Below are positions 44,252 to 54,315 of a stretch of 64,000 bases of DNA, one piece after another; position 1 is the first letter of the stretch, and every line of letters begins with the position of its first letter. The notes beneath the pieces are model-generated. The model searched no databases, was not told the origin of the DNA, and was given only the letters and a program-made list of their open reading frames with translations. A program made the position numbers and the translations under genes. The DNA is taken from the IMG/VR virus record IMGVR_UViG_3300027668_000008, positions 124,001-188,000 of that record. The stretch is one strand, 5' to 3'.

Positions 44252-45248
44252 GTTTTTTCCTCATAAGTTCGATTTTAATTTTACTAGTTTGTGCAGTGTT
44301 TATAATGCTCCACAATGTATACAGTTTACCATATGTATCTATTGCATCACTTACATCCTTAACATCTGCGTCCCAGTCTGGAAAGGCTACACTCCAACCA
44401 TATTCGATTGCAGTGTCAATTACTTTACTTCCTGCATTGTCCTGGTCTGGTACTACTATAACATCTTTTCCTAAAGAGTCAAGTAAATCCGCTTGGGTAT
44501 CGTTAATCATATTACTGTTTATTCCAACACCACCAATCTTTAGTGCATCTATTGGGCCTTCCATAACTAATACAATCTTTCTATCTTTTTGTTGTTCATC
44601 AACATTAAACACATACCCTGGTTGCATATAATTCATATACTTAGGTTGTATGTTATTGTTAATCGATCTTCCTGTATGACCAACACATTTATTCTTGTAA
44701 TAAAACGGAATAATTAATCGTTGATTCAAGTTTCCTGCTCTACTAGGTGACCATCTCAATGTGTCAAGTTTAGATTCAAGTCCTCTAGTTATGGCATACT
44801 CTGCCACCGCTGAAATTTGTTCTTCGTGATCGCCTGGATTATGTATCCAATGCATAAGTGTTTGTGATCCATCTGGGAAGTCTTTTTCTTCAAAAGTAAT
44901 TTCTTCTACTACTTCGACTTCACCTATTTCTTCTGCATACTCTTTTAATCGTAATGCTTCAATTTGCAAACCTTTTATTTGCTTATCGTCAGCACCAAAC
45001 CATTGAAATAACTTTCTTACTTTATATGTAAGATGATATCCAGGTTTCCAATGTGCTTTATAGCCACAGTTAAAACAATGGTAACTTAAAACTCCGTCAC
45101 CACCGGCTATACCTGCTCTGCCTCGTTTGTCTTGTGACTCTCCATTGTGAGTACAACACGCACCATTAAAAGATATCCAACCACTTGGGCTAGTCTTCTT
45201 TTTAGAAGGCAGTAAAGCGATAAATGTATTATAGATTATATTTTGCAT
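44241..45248 (-). CDS. DNA primase (gp61-like; Zn finger plus TOPRIM)
   Basis: CC..H..CFNC Zn site, VMEGPIDA, VPDQDNAG, KDVSDA. Confidence 0.9.
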   Translation of the reverse strand: MQNIIYNTFIALLPSKKKTSPSGWISFNGACCTHNGESQDKRGRAGIAGGDGVLSYHCFNCGYKAHWKPGYHLTYKVRKLFQWFGADDKQIKGLQIEALRLKEYAEEIGEVEVVEEITFEEKDFPDGSQTLMHWIHNPGDHEEQISAVAEYAITRGLESKLDTLRWSPSRAGNLNQRLIIPFYYKNKCVGHTGRSINNNIQPKYMNYMQPGYVFNVDEQQKDRKIVLVMEGPIDALKIGGVGINSNMINDTQADLLDSLGKDVIVVPDQDNAGSKVIDTAIEYGWSVAFPDWDADVKDVSDAIDTYGKLYTLWSIINTAQTSKIKIELMRKKLGN

Positions 45249-45270
45249 ATGCTATTATTATAGCACAGAA

Positions 45271-46053
45271 CTACGAACGATACAAGACTTTTGTTAAGGT
45301 TCCGTAAGTTTTTACGTCTTTAAATCTAACGGCAGTAAAAACTCCATTAAATTCAACGTATTCATTGCCAGTTTTTGATGTATAAGTGTTAGATTTTACA
45401 TCAATCCAGTTAGCAGATAGTAGATTTGTAACATCATCCATAGTCGCTTGGACTGTTATTGTACCGGTGTATCCACTTAGATAGTACTGAGCAGTATGAA
45501 GTGCTTTATTTTGATTTAATTCTGGGTATGAGTTTGTAGAAGAGGTAAATTTGGTTGTTTCGGTTCCTGTACCAACTACGTCACTAATAACTAGTACTGT
45601 TGCACTATCTTTAAATTGGTTATAAACACCGTCAACAATATCGATAGTTCCGCCTGCATCATAGTTATCACCGCTGAATACTACTTTTCTAGTACCATCA
45701 GCAAGTTGTTCGTGTACACTATAAGTGTACATACTAGCGTCTGTATTTCTTAAATCTGAATCAGAAAGTTCAAAGTCTACTTTGCCTAGATTCGCATTCG
45801 TTATGGTCCCGGTTTTAGAAAGGATAACTACATATGTAGAAGGATTTAAAATATTAAAAACAAAAGTTTTGCCAGTAATGACAACGGGTTTTTGGTCTGA
45901 ATCTTTCAGTTGAAGTTGTAGAGTGTTTTTAATTCCTCTATATGCTTTTAAGGGACGTGAGTACACTGTTCTATTCCTATGTTCTACAGATGTATCTGTT
46001 GAATATACAACTGTTTGTTTCTGATCTACTAAATAACCTGTTAATTTCTGCAT
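45271..46053 (-). CDS. Putative baseplate/structural Ig-like protein
   Basis: YRGIKNTLQLQLKDSDQKP..GKVDFEL, BppU-N-like pattern; TAAATA at 46080. Confidence 0.5.
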   Translation of the reverse strand: MQKLTGYLVDQKQTVVYSTDTSVEHRNRTVYSRPLKAYRGIKNTLQLQLKDSDQKPVVITGKTFVFNILNPSTYVVILSKTGTITNANLGKVDFELSDSDLRNTDASMYTYSVHEQLADGTRKVVFSGDNYDAGGTIDIVDGVYNQFKDSATVLVISDVVGTGTETTKFTSSTNSYPELNQNKALHTAQYYLSGYTGTITVQATMDDVTNLLSANWIDVKSNTYTSKTGNEYVEFNGVFTAVRFKDVKTYGTLTKVLYRS

Positions 46054-46099
46054 TATATTTTATCTTCCACATACAACTATATTTATGTAAAAAGGCGCC

Positions 46100-46474
46100 A
46101 TGGACGAGTTACTAGAAAAATTACTTAATCAATACCCATTTTTAAGCCATATTAGTTATGGGCAAAAAGAGTATATCGGGATAATTCAAAACCGAGACTC
46201 TCATTGCACTAGTTTTTATGACTACGAAAAAGTTCAAGACATAGAGCTAAAAAGGCACTATCTGTCATTAGCCGAAACTTGGTGGTGGGAATCAAATAGA
46301 ATGATTCCAATCAACATATTCCTTAAACAAGATTGGGTCTGCTTTAGACCTTACCTAACAACTTTTGTTAGTAAGGACTGTAATGTACTTGCAGGACCAC
46401 AAGTTAGTCTTAGTGAATTGTCTAAAAAGCGTACTAAAAGACGCTCTATTCAATTGGTCAAAAAAGTAAACTAA
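46100..46474 (+). CDS. Conserved hypothetical protein
   Basis: 124-aa ORF, convergent with the ferredoxin. Confidence 0.75.
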   Translation: MDELLEKLLNQYPFLSHISYGQKEYIGIIQNRDSHCTSFYDYEKVQDIELKRHYLSLAETWWWESNRMIPINIFLKQDWVCFRPYLTTFVSKDCNVLAGPQVSLSELSKKRTKRRSIQLVKKVN

Positions 46475-46830
46475 ACTTCCTCACCAGGATTTTCACTTAA
46501 AAATTCTGTCTTATCACCTATGTCCGGATTCAGTTTTGGATTATTAGCATCTGCATCATCCATTTCATCAATTTTTTCAGTAATGACAGGCCATAGTTCA
46601 GACATTCTAGTATTAATGTCTAACCATTTTTCTCGCTCTTCTGGTTCAAAGTCTGTATCTGCTCTAATAGCACCTGCTGGACATTCCGGTTCACACACTC
46701 CACAATCAATACATTCATCTGGATTAATTGCTATTGAATTCTCTCCTATGTAGAAACAATCTACTGGGCATACTGATACGCAATCTGTATACCTACATTT
46801 AATACATTTATCGTCTACTAGATATGTCAC
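46471..46830 (-). CDS. fdxA: 7Fe ferredoxin (FdxA type)
   Basis: [18 protein letters not shown] and [13 protein letters not shown]-terminal W..IN...S..WP. Confidence 0.93.
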   Translation of the reverse strand: MTYLVDDKCIKCRYTDCVSVCPVDCFYIGENSIAINPDECIDCGVCEPECPAGAIRADTDFEPEEREKWLDINTRMSELWPVITEKIDEMDDADANNPKLNPDIGDKTEFLSENPGEEV

Positions 46831-47408
46831 TTATACTCCTCGCATAATAAGTTTATATGAACTGCTACTAAATGAGCATACGCAACTGCGTGAGCTTTTT
46901 TAAAATAGTAAGCACTGCCCTCAGGTTTGTTCCAAACACTTTCCGAAACTTCCTTCCAAGTCTTACCTTGTAAGTTTGCTTTACCGGGTCTTATAATGCT
47001 TAACAACATTGCCATTCTAGGTATGCTATCGGGTTTCATTTTTTTGATTAAATCGTGATAGTTTCCTATATGAATAACTTGCTCACAAAATTCTTTACTT
47101 TTCCAAAGCAATTCCCATAAAGGTTCTTGCTTTATTAATTTATCTAAATGTGCTTCATCTTTTACTTTTTGATACACTGCTACATTAAGTAAATCTAATT
47201 TAAAATATCCTCTATCTTCTGCAATCTTATAATCTAACGTACTCATGTTAGTTGCTGGATCTACAGGTATCTGTGTATAATAAACACCAGTGTTATGTTT
47301 CTTAACAACCCCGTGTTCGTTCATAGAAGCCGCTATAGCAGGCAAGGCACTTAATACTTGTTCTCTGTCTGCAAAGTCTATATCGACGTCTGGTAATCTA
47401 TGACTCAT
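46827..47408 (-). CDS. Miniature family C (DnaE-like) polymerase catalytic core
   Basis: [35 protein letters not shown] in order within 193 aa. Confidence 0.85.
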   Translation of the reverse strand: MSHRLPDVDIDFADREQVLSALPAIAASMNEHGVVKKHNTGVYYTQIPVDPATNMSTLDYKIAEDRGYFKLDLLNVAVYQKVKDEAHLDKLIKQEPLWELLWKSKEFCEQVIHIGNYHDLIKKMKPDSIPRMAMLLSIIRPGKANLQGKTWKEVSESVWNKPEGSAYYFKKAHAVAYAHLVAVHINLLCEEYK

Positions 47409-48139
47409 AATTTTGCTTCTTTTAATGCATCTTTAACTATTGCAGTTTCTGTATGAAACTTTACAAAGTTCTTACGCCAATAATCAGGATCAATATATTC
47501 ATAAATTATTCCTAATTGTTCTTGGCTTAATTTTCCTAAGAATGCAACGCCTGAATCACAGTTAAATATAATCCACGGACTTAGTCTGCCATTTACAATA
47601 TGGCTACAAATTTTGTTTGGATTTGCCGCAAAGAAATAAGTGTGTAAATGTACACCATGTTCTTTCATATGGGATTCCATTGTTTTTAAACTTCTTGTAA
47701 TAGCATCTTGCCATGTTTCAGTTCTTAAATGTGTTTCTAAATATTCCTGATAATACTTGTCATGTGTCCATTGGTCTAATTTAATATTGTTCTTAACAAC
47801 AAACTTAATAAATGCACTAGTGTTAATACAAGAAATACTAACCATATGCTTACCAAACTTTACAAATGCATTATAATACTGACTGTTAACAAAGTCGCCA
47901 TATGACTTCTTAGCCGCATCGCCTCCTTGAGTCATTTCATAAAAACGTAAGTATGCTTGTAAGCCTAACTGTACACCTTTGTCACCTTCTTGTTGCCATC
48001 TGCGTTTTTGTTCGCATACATGGGTAGTTAAAGTTTTTTCTCTACTAAACCCTCGTTCACAATATTTACATATAAACGCCTTTGTTGGCGGTTTGTAATT
48101 TTCTTTAGTTTGTTTTGCTATAGCCATTAAGTTGATCAC
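47405..48139 (-). CDS. Zn-finger-containing conserved hypothetical protein
   Basis: CKYCERGFSREKTLTTHVC (C2HC-type). Confidence 0.7.
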   Translation of the reverse strand: MINLMAIAKQTKENYKPPTKAFICKYCERGFSREKTLTTHVCEQKRRWQQEGDKGVQLGLQAYLRFYEMTQGGDAAKKSYGDFVNSQYYNAFVKFGKHMVSISCINTSAFIKFVVKNNIKLDQWTHDKYYQEYLETHLRTETWQDAITRSLKTMESHMKEHGVHLHTYFFAANPNKICSHIVNGRLSPWIIFNCDSGVAFLGKLSQEQLGIIYEYIDPDYWRKNFVKFHTETAIVKDALKEAKL

Positions 48140-48660
48140 AATTTCAAATTCTTTTCATGGTATTGAATAATACTTTTATCCCACTCTGGGAATACAGTTC
48201 GGTTAACGTAAATATCATTATAGTCGAATCTTTGTAGATTGTCAATCTTTTTTGCTACTTTATCAACAATCGCATTGTATTCATCTAAATGACGTTGCTT
48301 AACCGTCTTCTTGCCTGCGGAGCCGTATATTTTCTTTAAACGTAAATCCATAACATACTGTAGTGTTTGTAAATCGCTTATTGTTATTGCCCATGCTTGT
48401 TCACATTTAAAATTGTAGTTATCTAAATAAAAGTCACTTGGGTTATGAGCACTTATCATGTTTGCACCTTCGACACTATGTATGTCATTCATTGTGTCAA
48501 TTTGTGCTACACTAGGTAAAGGTGTGCTATCATATAAATTATTATGTATTTCACATGGTACATTTTCAATATCTTTCCAAGTATATAGACTCTGCAGGAA
48601 GTTGCCGCCTGAACCTGGTCGCCAAAGGAGAAATAATTTACAATTTATTGTCGGGGTCAT
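48136..48660 (-). CDS. Sulfotransferase-like P-loop protein
   Basis: LWRPGSGGNF motif, shared with 63319-63999. Confidence 0.4.
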   Translation of the reverse strand: MTPTINCKLFLLWRPGSGGNFLQSLYTWKDIENVPCEIHNNLYDSTPLPSVAQIDTMNDIHSVEGANMISAHNPSDFYLDNYNFKCEQAWAITISDLQTLQYVMDLRLKKIYGSAGKKTVKQRHLDEYNAIVDKVAKKIDNLQRFDYNDIYVNRTVFPEWDKSIIQYHEKNLKL

Positions 48661-49124
48661 AGCATCTCTTTTATTTGTTTGTCATCATATCCTAAATCTA
48701 TCAAATGTGCTTTCACATCTTTCTTTGTATTCAAACTTGCTAGTAATTCTAGCTCATCTTCTTTTGCTGAAGGATATAAAACTTTTAGTGTTTTCAATAT
48801 CTTGTTATTTACTGCATTCTTCTTTTTACCGCCTGCAATCCATTCGTGATATGCAGTACCCAATCCCGGACTTGCAGTTGTCATTAATAACCATTGCAGT
48901 TTAGGATGTTTTGTTAAATCAAAGAAGTTTGTATTAACACGTTTATTAGTTGCAATAAGCCACCACTCTTGTAATGCAGACTCGCCTTTCACACTACTAG
49001 CATATCTGTTCATAAGAAACGGACTAAAAGCCTTCTTTTCCTCGTCGCTTAAGGTATCAAAGAAGCCCTTGTGCTTACGATCCATTGCTCCGAGTACTTT
49101 GTTAAGTGGTAGTTTGTTTGCCAT
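48657..49124 (-). CDS. Clamp-loader small-subunit-like protein (gp62-like)
   Basis: FSPFLMNRYAS, HPKLQWLL, LYPSAKEDELELL; replication context. Confidence 0.55.
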   Translation of the reverse strand: MANKLPLNKVLGAMDRKHKGFFDTLSDEEKKAFSPFLMNRYASSVKGESALQEWWLIATNKRVNTNFFDLTKHPKLQWLLMTTASPGLGTAYHEWIAGGKKKNAVNNKILKTLKVLYPSAKEDELELLASLNTKKDVKAHLIDLGYDDKQIKEML

Positions 49125-49142
49125 GTTGTTATTATAACACCT

Positions 49143-49415
49143 TTATAAATATTCTGCAAATGTTATTTCAAATAAATTTGCATCATCGATACTTTCAAAT
49201 TTGATGTAGTACCATCTGTTGTTATCTTTGCCCCAATCGATCCGTATAGTTACACCCTTATTTACTAATTGTCTGTCATTAAAAAAGTTTATAACATTCT
49301 CTATTAAAGACCTCTGTACATTGATCCAATACTCTTCGTTTTCTGCGTTAAGTTTTAAATCATATTCGTGCGAGTTTTGTTTAACAATCAACTTACCAAA
49401 CTTGGGAGACATCAA
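49143..49415 (-). CDS. Small hypothetical protein
   Basis: 90-aa ORF. Confidence 0.6.
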   Translation of the reverse strand: MMSPKFGKLIVKQNSHEYDLKLNAENEEYWINVQRSLIENVINFFNDRQLVNKGVTIRIDWGKDNNRWYYIKFESIDDANLFEITFAEYL

Positions 49416-49893
49416 CTACTTCCGACGTTCTGCTAATTTCTTCAACAAAGTACACGCAAGGTGGATTCTCGCCCTCACACAAAGGTACTGCTAATAAATG
49501 CCCAGGTTTAAGTTTAGGGAAATACCATTTAACTTCCTGATACACATCTACTATTTCTACTGGATAAAACTCAGGTCTAAAATCACCACGTGGATTAAAC
49601 GTAAATGCATTAAACCCTCTATCGTTTAAACTTGTTAACGGAACAACTTCTAAGTCGCCTACTTCTGCTTCACCAATTAATAGTTGCCAATCACGTGGCA
49701 TTCTAATTGTATACTCTCCGATTCTTAATACTAATGCCGGAGCATTAAAACTTTGTAGGAAAATAAGTGGAATAAAGTAATAATCAGGATCTTTAGGATT
49801 ACTGTTGTCTAAAACGGCAAACCTTAAATCATCTACTTCTTCAGGCAAGTCGTTCATTACAAAAGTTTTATTTTCTAATGTAAGAATTTGCAT
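49393..49893 (-). CDS. Conserved beta-rich protein, Hint-like fold candidate
   Basis: ILTLE at the N-terminus, IRMPRDWQLL, VEIVDVYQEVKWYFP. Confidence 0.45.
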   Translation of the reverse strand: MQILTLENKTFVMNDLPEEVDDLRFAVLDNSNPKDPDYYFIPLIFLQSFNAPALVLRIGEYTIRMPRDWQLLIGEAEVGDLEVVPLTSLNDRGFNAFTFNPRGDFRPEFYPVEIVDVYQEVKWYFPKLKPGHLLAVPLCEGENPPCVYFVEEISRTSEVVDVSQVW

Positions 49894-49894
49894 A

Positions 49895-50503
49895 TTAATA
49901 TAACTCCTTAATTTTGTCTGCTATACCAAATTTGACTGCTTCTTTGGCTGATAACCAAATGTCCTGTGGTGGTAACAATACTTCTCTGATTTTCTTTTCA
50001 GATAATCCAGTACATTTTTTATAATGTTGCATCATACGTTCGCTTGATAGTTCAAACTCTCTAACACGGGCAAATAACTCATGTTCTTTACCTGTTGAAC
50101 CCCAACTGTATTGATGTGATAAAATACTTGTATTAGGCGTAATGATACGTTTGCCTTTTGCTCCACTCATAAATGTAAGTATACCACAACTTGCAATAAG
50201 TCCTAGTCCTACGGTTTTGATTGGAATACCACTTGCCTTCATTGTATCAATTAAAGCAAATGCACTATGCACATCACCGCCTGGACTATTAATAATAAGT
50301 GTTAGCTCTTTAGGGCGTTCAGTATCCGGTGCCAAGTTCTTTTCAATAATCCACTGAATTACTGGCTTTGTAGTTTCAGTTGTAAATGGATCTGCAAAGT
50401 AATAAACACCTGCCTCCCACATAAGTATTCCAGGTGGTTTAGGTTGCACTGTAGGTTTTCCTTGTTTAACGTTTTTCATTATTTGATTCTCCATATTATT
50501 CAT
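49895..50503 (-). CDS. clpP: ClpP-family protease
   Basis: INSPGGDV, GLIASCG (Ser), ILSHQY (His), DIWLSAKEAVKFGIAD. Confidence 0.92.
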   Translation of the reverse strand: MNNMENQIMKNVKQGKPTVQPKPPGILMWEAGVYYFADPFTTETTKPVIQWIIEKNLAPDTERPKELTLIINSPGGDVHSAFALIDTMKASGIPIKTVGLGLIASCGILTFMSGAKGKRIITPNTSILSHQYSWGSTGKEHELFARVREFELSSERMMQHYKKCTGLSEKKIREVLLPPQDIWLSAKEAVKFGIADKIKELY

Positions 50504-51959
50504 TCCAATCTGTCTTTTTTACAACAAATGGATAATTTGCTTCTTTATAGAAGTTTTTTCGTTTAGTTAAATGTCGCTTGGCATATTTACAAGTACTTGT
50601 AATATCCCATATTTTAACAAAATCTTTATCACTTGCTTTACGAATACCACGTCCAATACTTTGTATTACTCTTACAAAACTTTTTCCTGGTTCGATTAAT
50701 ACAAGGTTAAATATCCTTGGTATATTAATACCTACTGCCGCAACACCATATGTTGCTACAATAATCTTATTGTCAACGTCTGCAATCTCGTCATAGTGTG
50801 CTTTTCTGTCACTTGTTTTAGTGGCACCACTTACAAATACTGCTTTGTCTCCAAGTCTGCTTACTAGTTCTTTACCCGATTCTACTCTGTCTACTAATAC
50901 AAGAGTATTGCCATCTTGCCCTATTGTACCGAGCAGTTTAGCAAGATAATCCAATCTTTTTGCGTTTGTTAGCAAATACTTTAATTCACTTTGATAGTTT
51001 CCATAATCTCCATGGTCAATTAATTGCAATACATTAACTTCACAGTTAGCAAGTACACCCTGTTCTTGTAATTCACTTGCAGTTTTTCTACCAACTACTT
51101 CTCCTAAACTTACCATAATACTCATAAATTCAAAATCTTCTTTTGGCACTGTTCCTGTTAGTCCCCAACGAATTGGTATTTGACTCATAGGTCCTGTTAA
51201 CAATGTTTTCAATGCATCCGCTTTTGCCATATGCACTTCATCTACCATAACACAAACTACACCTGCAATAAATTCTTGTATAGTAATAGGTGCAACTGCG
51301 TTCTTTGTATTCTTTAAAAGAATGTTTAGACTTTGCCAAGTACAAATAGTATGCTTGTGTCCAAACTCTTTTCGGTCTCCGTAAAACACACCAACGTCTA
51401 GTCCCATGTTGACATAGTCTTCTTCTGTTTGTGTTACTAGCGACTTATTTGGCACTATTACAATGCTTCTACCGTACTGTTCGACTTTACTACTTAATGC
51501 GGCAGTTATTAATGTCTTACCTGCACCAGTGGCAATCTCCTGCATACTTTGTGGATTCTTTAAGAAATTATTAATAATCTCTACTTGGTAATCACGCAAT
51601 ACAATTGGTTCGCCTACAAGTTGATGACCTTTGGGCCACATCACATCATTAAATGCAGTTTCGTCAATTTCATCAAAATCAAATCTTGTTTGATAATCTC
51701 GTTGATCATCTAGTTCAATTTGATATTTCATTTCTTCTAACACAGGAATAATCTTTGGAAGAAGATTAATGTATGTGCTACCACCTAACTGAAAGTATGC
51801 AACTTTTCCGTCCCACCGTCCTAAACGAACTGCTGGAAGATATCGTGCATAAGGAACTTCGTACTTAAACATATTAGACAATCGACGCCTAGCGTCTAGT
51901 TCTAACCCTTTTATAGAAACGTTTACTTCGTCTCTAATCAATAATTTTGCTTGTGGCAT
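50496..51959 (-). CDS. uvsW: SF2 helicase (UvsW-like)
   Basis: LRDYQ, ATGAGKT, DEVH, GLTGT, QSIGRGIR. Confidence 0.9.
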   Translation of the reverse strand: MPQAKLLIRDEVNVSIKGLELDARRRLSNMFKYEVPYARYLPAVRLGRWDGKVAYFQLGGSTYINLLPKIIPVLEEMKYQIELDDQRDYQTRFDFDEIDETAFNDVMWPKGHQLVGEPIVLRDYQVEIINNFLKNPQSMQEIATGAGKTLITAALSSKVEQYGRSIVIVPNKSLVTQTEEDYVNMGLDVGVFYGDRKEFGHKHTICTWQSLNILLKNTKNAVAPITIQEFIAGVVCVMVDEVHMAKADALKTLLTGPMSQIPIRWGLTGTVPKEDFEFMSIMVSLGEVVGRKTASELQEQGVLANCEVNVLQLIDHGDYGNYQSELKYLLTNAKRLDYLAKLLGTIGQDGNTLVLVDRVESGKELVSRLGDKAVFVSGATKTSDRKAHYDEIADVDNKIIVATYGVAAVGINIPRIFNLVLIEPGKSFVRVIQSIGRGIRKASDKDFVKIWDITSTCKYAKRHLTKRKNFYKEANYPFVVKKTDWNE

Positions 51960-53154
51960 TTATTTTCCCTAGTGTGTAATAACAAATCCACGCATCATTA
52001 ACAAATGTCACTCCGGATTGTCCGTTGATGACATTGAAGCCATATTGTCTAAACTTGCTTATAGAATTCGTACTAATAACAAAGTCAGGCTTCCAGTCAC
52101 TTTTTACTTTAGGATTGGAATACCTTTGTATACTATCTATTATAGCAAATTTTGTGTCCGAAGTCAATGACTTATTAACGTTAAAGTAGTGGTGATTGTT
52201 CTTTAACTGCACTGTACAGACGTCTTTGCCCAACTTAGACACCAAATCTTCCAGGTTATTAGTTAGTTCGGGTGTAAGTGTTCTACCGTCTATAACGAAT
52301 GCAACTCGTTTAAAGCCAAAATCGTTAACTGCTGAATTATAAATTTCTTCTGGTTTTACTTCTGTCCAGTCGAACTTACCGCCTCTATTTTGTAACATTT
52401 CTGTTCCAACTTTAGAAAGTTTTATGTTTGTACTGTTATTAACAATGTCTAAGTTTTGATTAGCCGCAGTAACTATTTGGTTCATACGGTTCTTACTCGA
52501 CATATTAGTTGTCCACCATTCGTTTAAAGTGTCCGGTGCGTTACGCAATAAACAAGTATCGTCTTCGACTACTAATTGTATTGCATACTCGCTTCGATTA
52601 CTAGTAATCGATTTACATTTCTTGTACACGTCTTTTACTGCATCAGAATAGTCAAACTTATATTTGGCTGACCAATTATATAATGCAAGTAAGTTATATT
52701 CATTATATGTTGTTTGGTATTGTTTTGTCTCTTTTTCAAAATATGTTTTATTAGATTTTAACTTCTTTGCTAATGAATTTATTTCCCTAATCATTTCCTT
52801 GTTATAAGGAAACTTCATAATAATCTTGTCGTCTTCGATATCAATATATTTTGTTCTATCTACTTGACGTAATTCGCTTGTCCAAGTCGGAGATTGCACT
52901 AGCTCAGTAACATCGATACCTAATCGTTTATACTGGCGTTCGTATTTGCTTACAAGTTTGATTGTAAGAGCTCGTTGCCTATCGCTTAATCCTTCACCTT
53001 TGTTAATACTACGAACCGCATTATTAACAAAACCAACATCATAATTTGCTAGACTAATAGGCTTATGTATAAACTTCGGAGGTACCGGACTTGCTATCAC
53101 ACCTATTGCTATTTTTAAGCAATACTCTAGGTCTGTGGGTTTATAAAATTGCAT
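51934..53154 (-). CDS. Conserved hypothetical protein
   Basis: 406 aa; LSDRQRALTIKLVSKYERQ. Confidence 0.7.
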   Translation of the reverse strand: MQFYKPTDLEYCLKIAIGVIASPVPPKFIHKPISLANYDVGFVNNAVRSINKGEGLSDRQRALTIKLVSKYERQYKRLGIDVTELVQSPTWTSELRQVDRTKYIDIEDDKIIMKFPYNKEMIREINSLAKKLKSNKTYFEKETKQYQTTYNEYNLLALYNWSAKYKFDYSDAVKDVYKKCKSITSNRSEYAIQLVVEDDTCLLRNAPDTLNEWWTTNMSSKNRMNQIVTAANQNLDIVNNSTNIKLSKVGTEMLQNRGGKFDWTEVKPEEIYNSAVNDFGFKRVAFVIDGRTLTPELTNNLEDLVSKLGKDVCTVQLKNNHHYFNVNKSLTSDTKFAIIDSIQRYSNPKVKSDWKPDFVISTNSISKFRQYGFNVINGQSGVTFVNDAWICYYTLGKINATSKIID

Positions 53155-53172
53155 TCTTATTCCTTAAAGGTA

Positions 53173-53193
53173 AAAAGCGGTCCGAAGACCGCC
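53173..53193 (-). terminator. Rho-independent terminator
   Basis: GCGGTC-TTCG-GACCGC followed by TTTTT on the minus strand. Confidence 0.85.
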
Positions 53194-53204
53194 TTATTAA
53201 TTTG

Positions 53205-54230
53205 TTATGCTCTTCGCATACACGTTGAAGCCGCCAAGTTCTGCCAATTGCTCGGACTTAACTTTTTAAGGTCCGCAATCTTTAGTGCCATCCTTAACGA
53301 CATTTCCCTTAGGAACTTTCTTTTCTCAAACATGAATTGAAGTATTTCTTTCTCTTCATCATCTGACATCTTAAAGTTTTGAAACAAATCACCTTTTCGA
53401 GCAATTTGTTGAATTCTAAGATACTTGTCTCGTTCAGTATCAAGTGTTAAGTCAATGTAATGACAACGTGACATTAAAGCATCTAAGTGATCTTTAAGTC
53501 TTTTGCTTTTAACATTGTCAAACTTGATGTTTGTAATAAAGCAAACACTTCCTTGGAAGTCGAAACTGTTAGGAATACCTTCTGCTCTCAATTTACTTGA
53601 ATCTGCATTCCAGTAAATCTTACGTCTAGCACCACTATCAAGTGCCGCTTTAAGAATGTTAAGAGCTAAATCATCTAGCAATACACTATCACAGTCATCA
53701 AATACAACTACGTTACCACGAGCACTGTATTCATAAAGTTTAGCATAAAGACCTAGTGCCGTCATTGCACCTTTTACAAATTCAAACTTCCTATTACCAG
53801 CAAGGTCATCGAAACCCGACTGTTCTTCTAGTGTAGTTTCGACACCGTATGATTTACCAACACCTGGAGGTCCAGTAACAATCATTGCCCTAATGTCATT
53901 ATTTTTAAGAGCACCTGTCATTTCATTCAGGATCTCAAACCTATCCTGGATTTCTATGATCCTCTTTTCGTCTTTTGCATTTAACTTGGAACTTTCTTTA
54001 GGTGTATCTGCTTCAACTTGTGAAGCATATTCTGACCTATCAACGAAAGTAATTGCGGTAGGGGTTTTAATCTTTACCCTAATTTTGTCTGATCCAAAGC
54101 CCTCTGTTCCATCTACAGTAACAAACATTCCTGTTTTGCTTTCTGTAATGTTTTTCACTAATGGGAAAACTTTGTTCTTTATTGCTTGGTTTCTGTATGA
54201 ACCACTTTTAACTAAAACGTAACTATTCAT
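53205..54230 (-). CDS. AAA+ ATPase
   Basis: IVTGPPGVGKS, VVFDDCD, FITN, ALMSR; sigma70 promoter at 54276-54303. Confidence 0.9.
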   Translation of the reverse strand: MNSYVLVKSGSYRNQAIKNKVFPLVKNITESKTGMFVTVDGTEGFGSDKIRVKIKTPTAITFVDRSEYASQVEADTPKESSKLNAKDEKRIIEIQDRFEILNEMTGALKNNDIRAMIVTGPPGVGKSYGVETTLEEQSGFDDLAGNRKFEFVKGAMTALGLYAKLYEYSARGNVVVFDDCDSVLLDDLALNILKAALDSGARRKIYWNADSSKLRAEGIPNSFDFQGSVCFITNIKFDNVKSKRLKDHLDALMSRCHYIDLTLDTERDKYLRIQQIARKGDLFQNFKMSDDEEKEILQFMFEKRKFLREMSLRMALKIADLKKLSPSNWQNLAASTCMRRA

Positions 54231-54315
54231 GTATGACTCCTATTCGTCGTTTTTTGTTTAAATGTTTATATTACTATAATAACACATCTGTACTATGTGT
54301 CAACCTTTTATTTCA

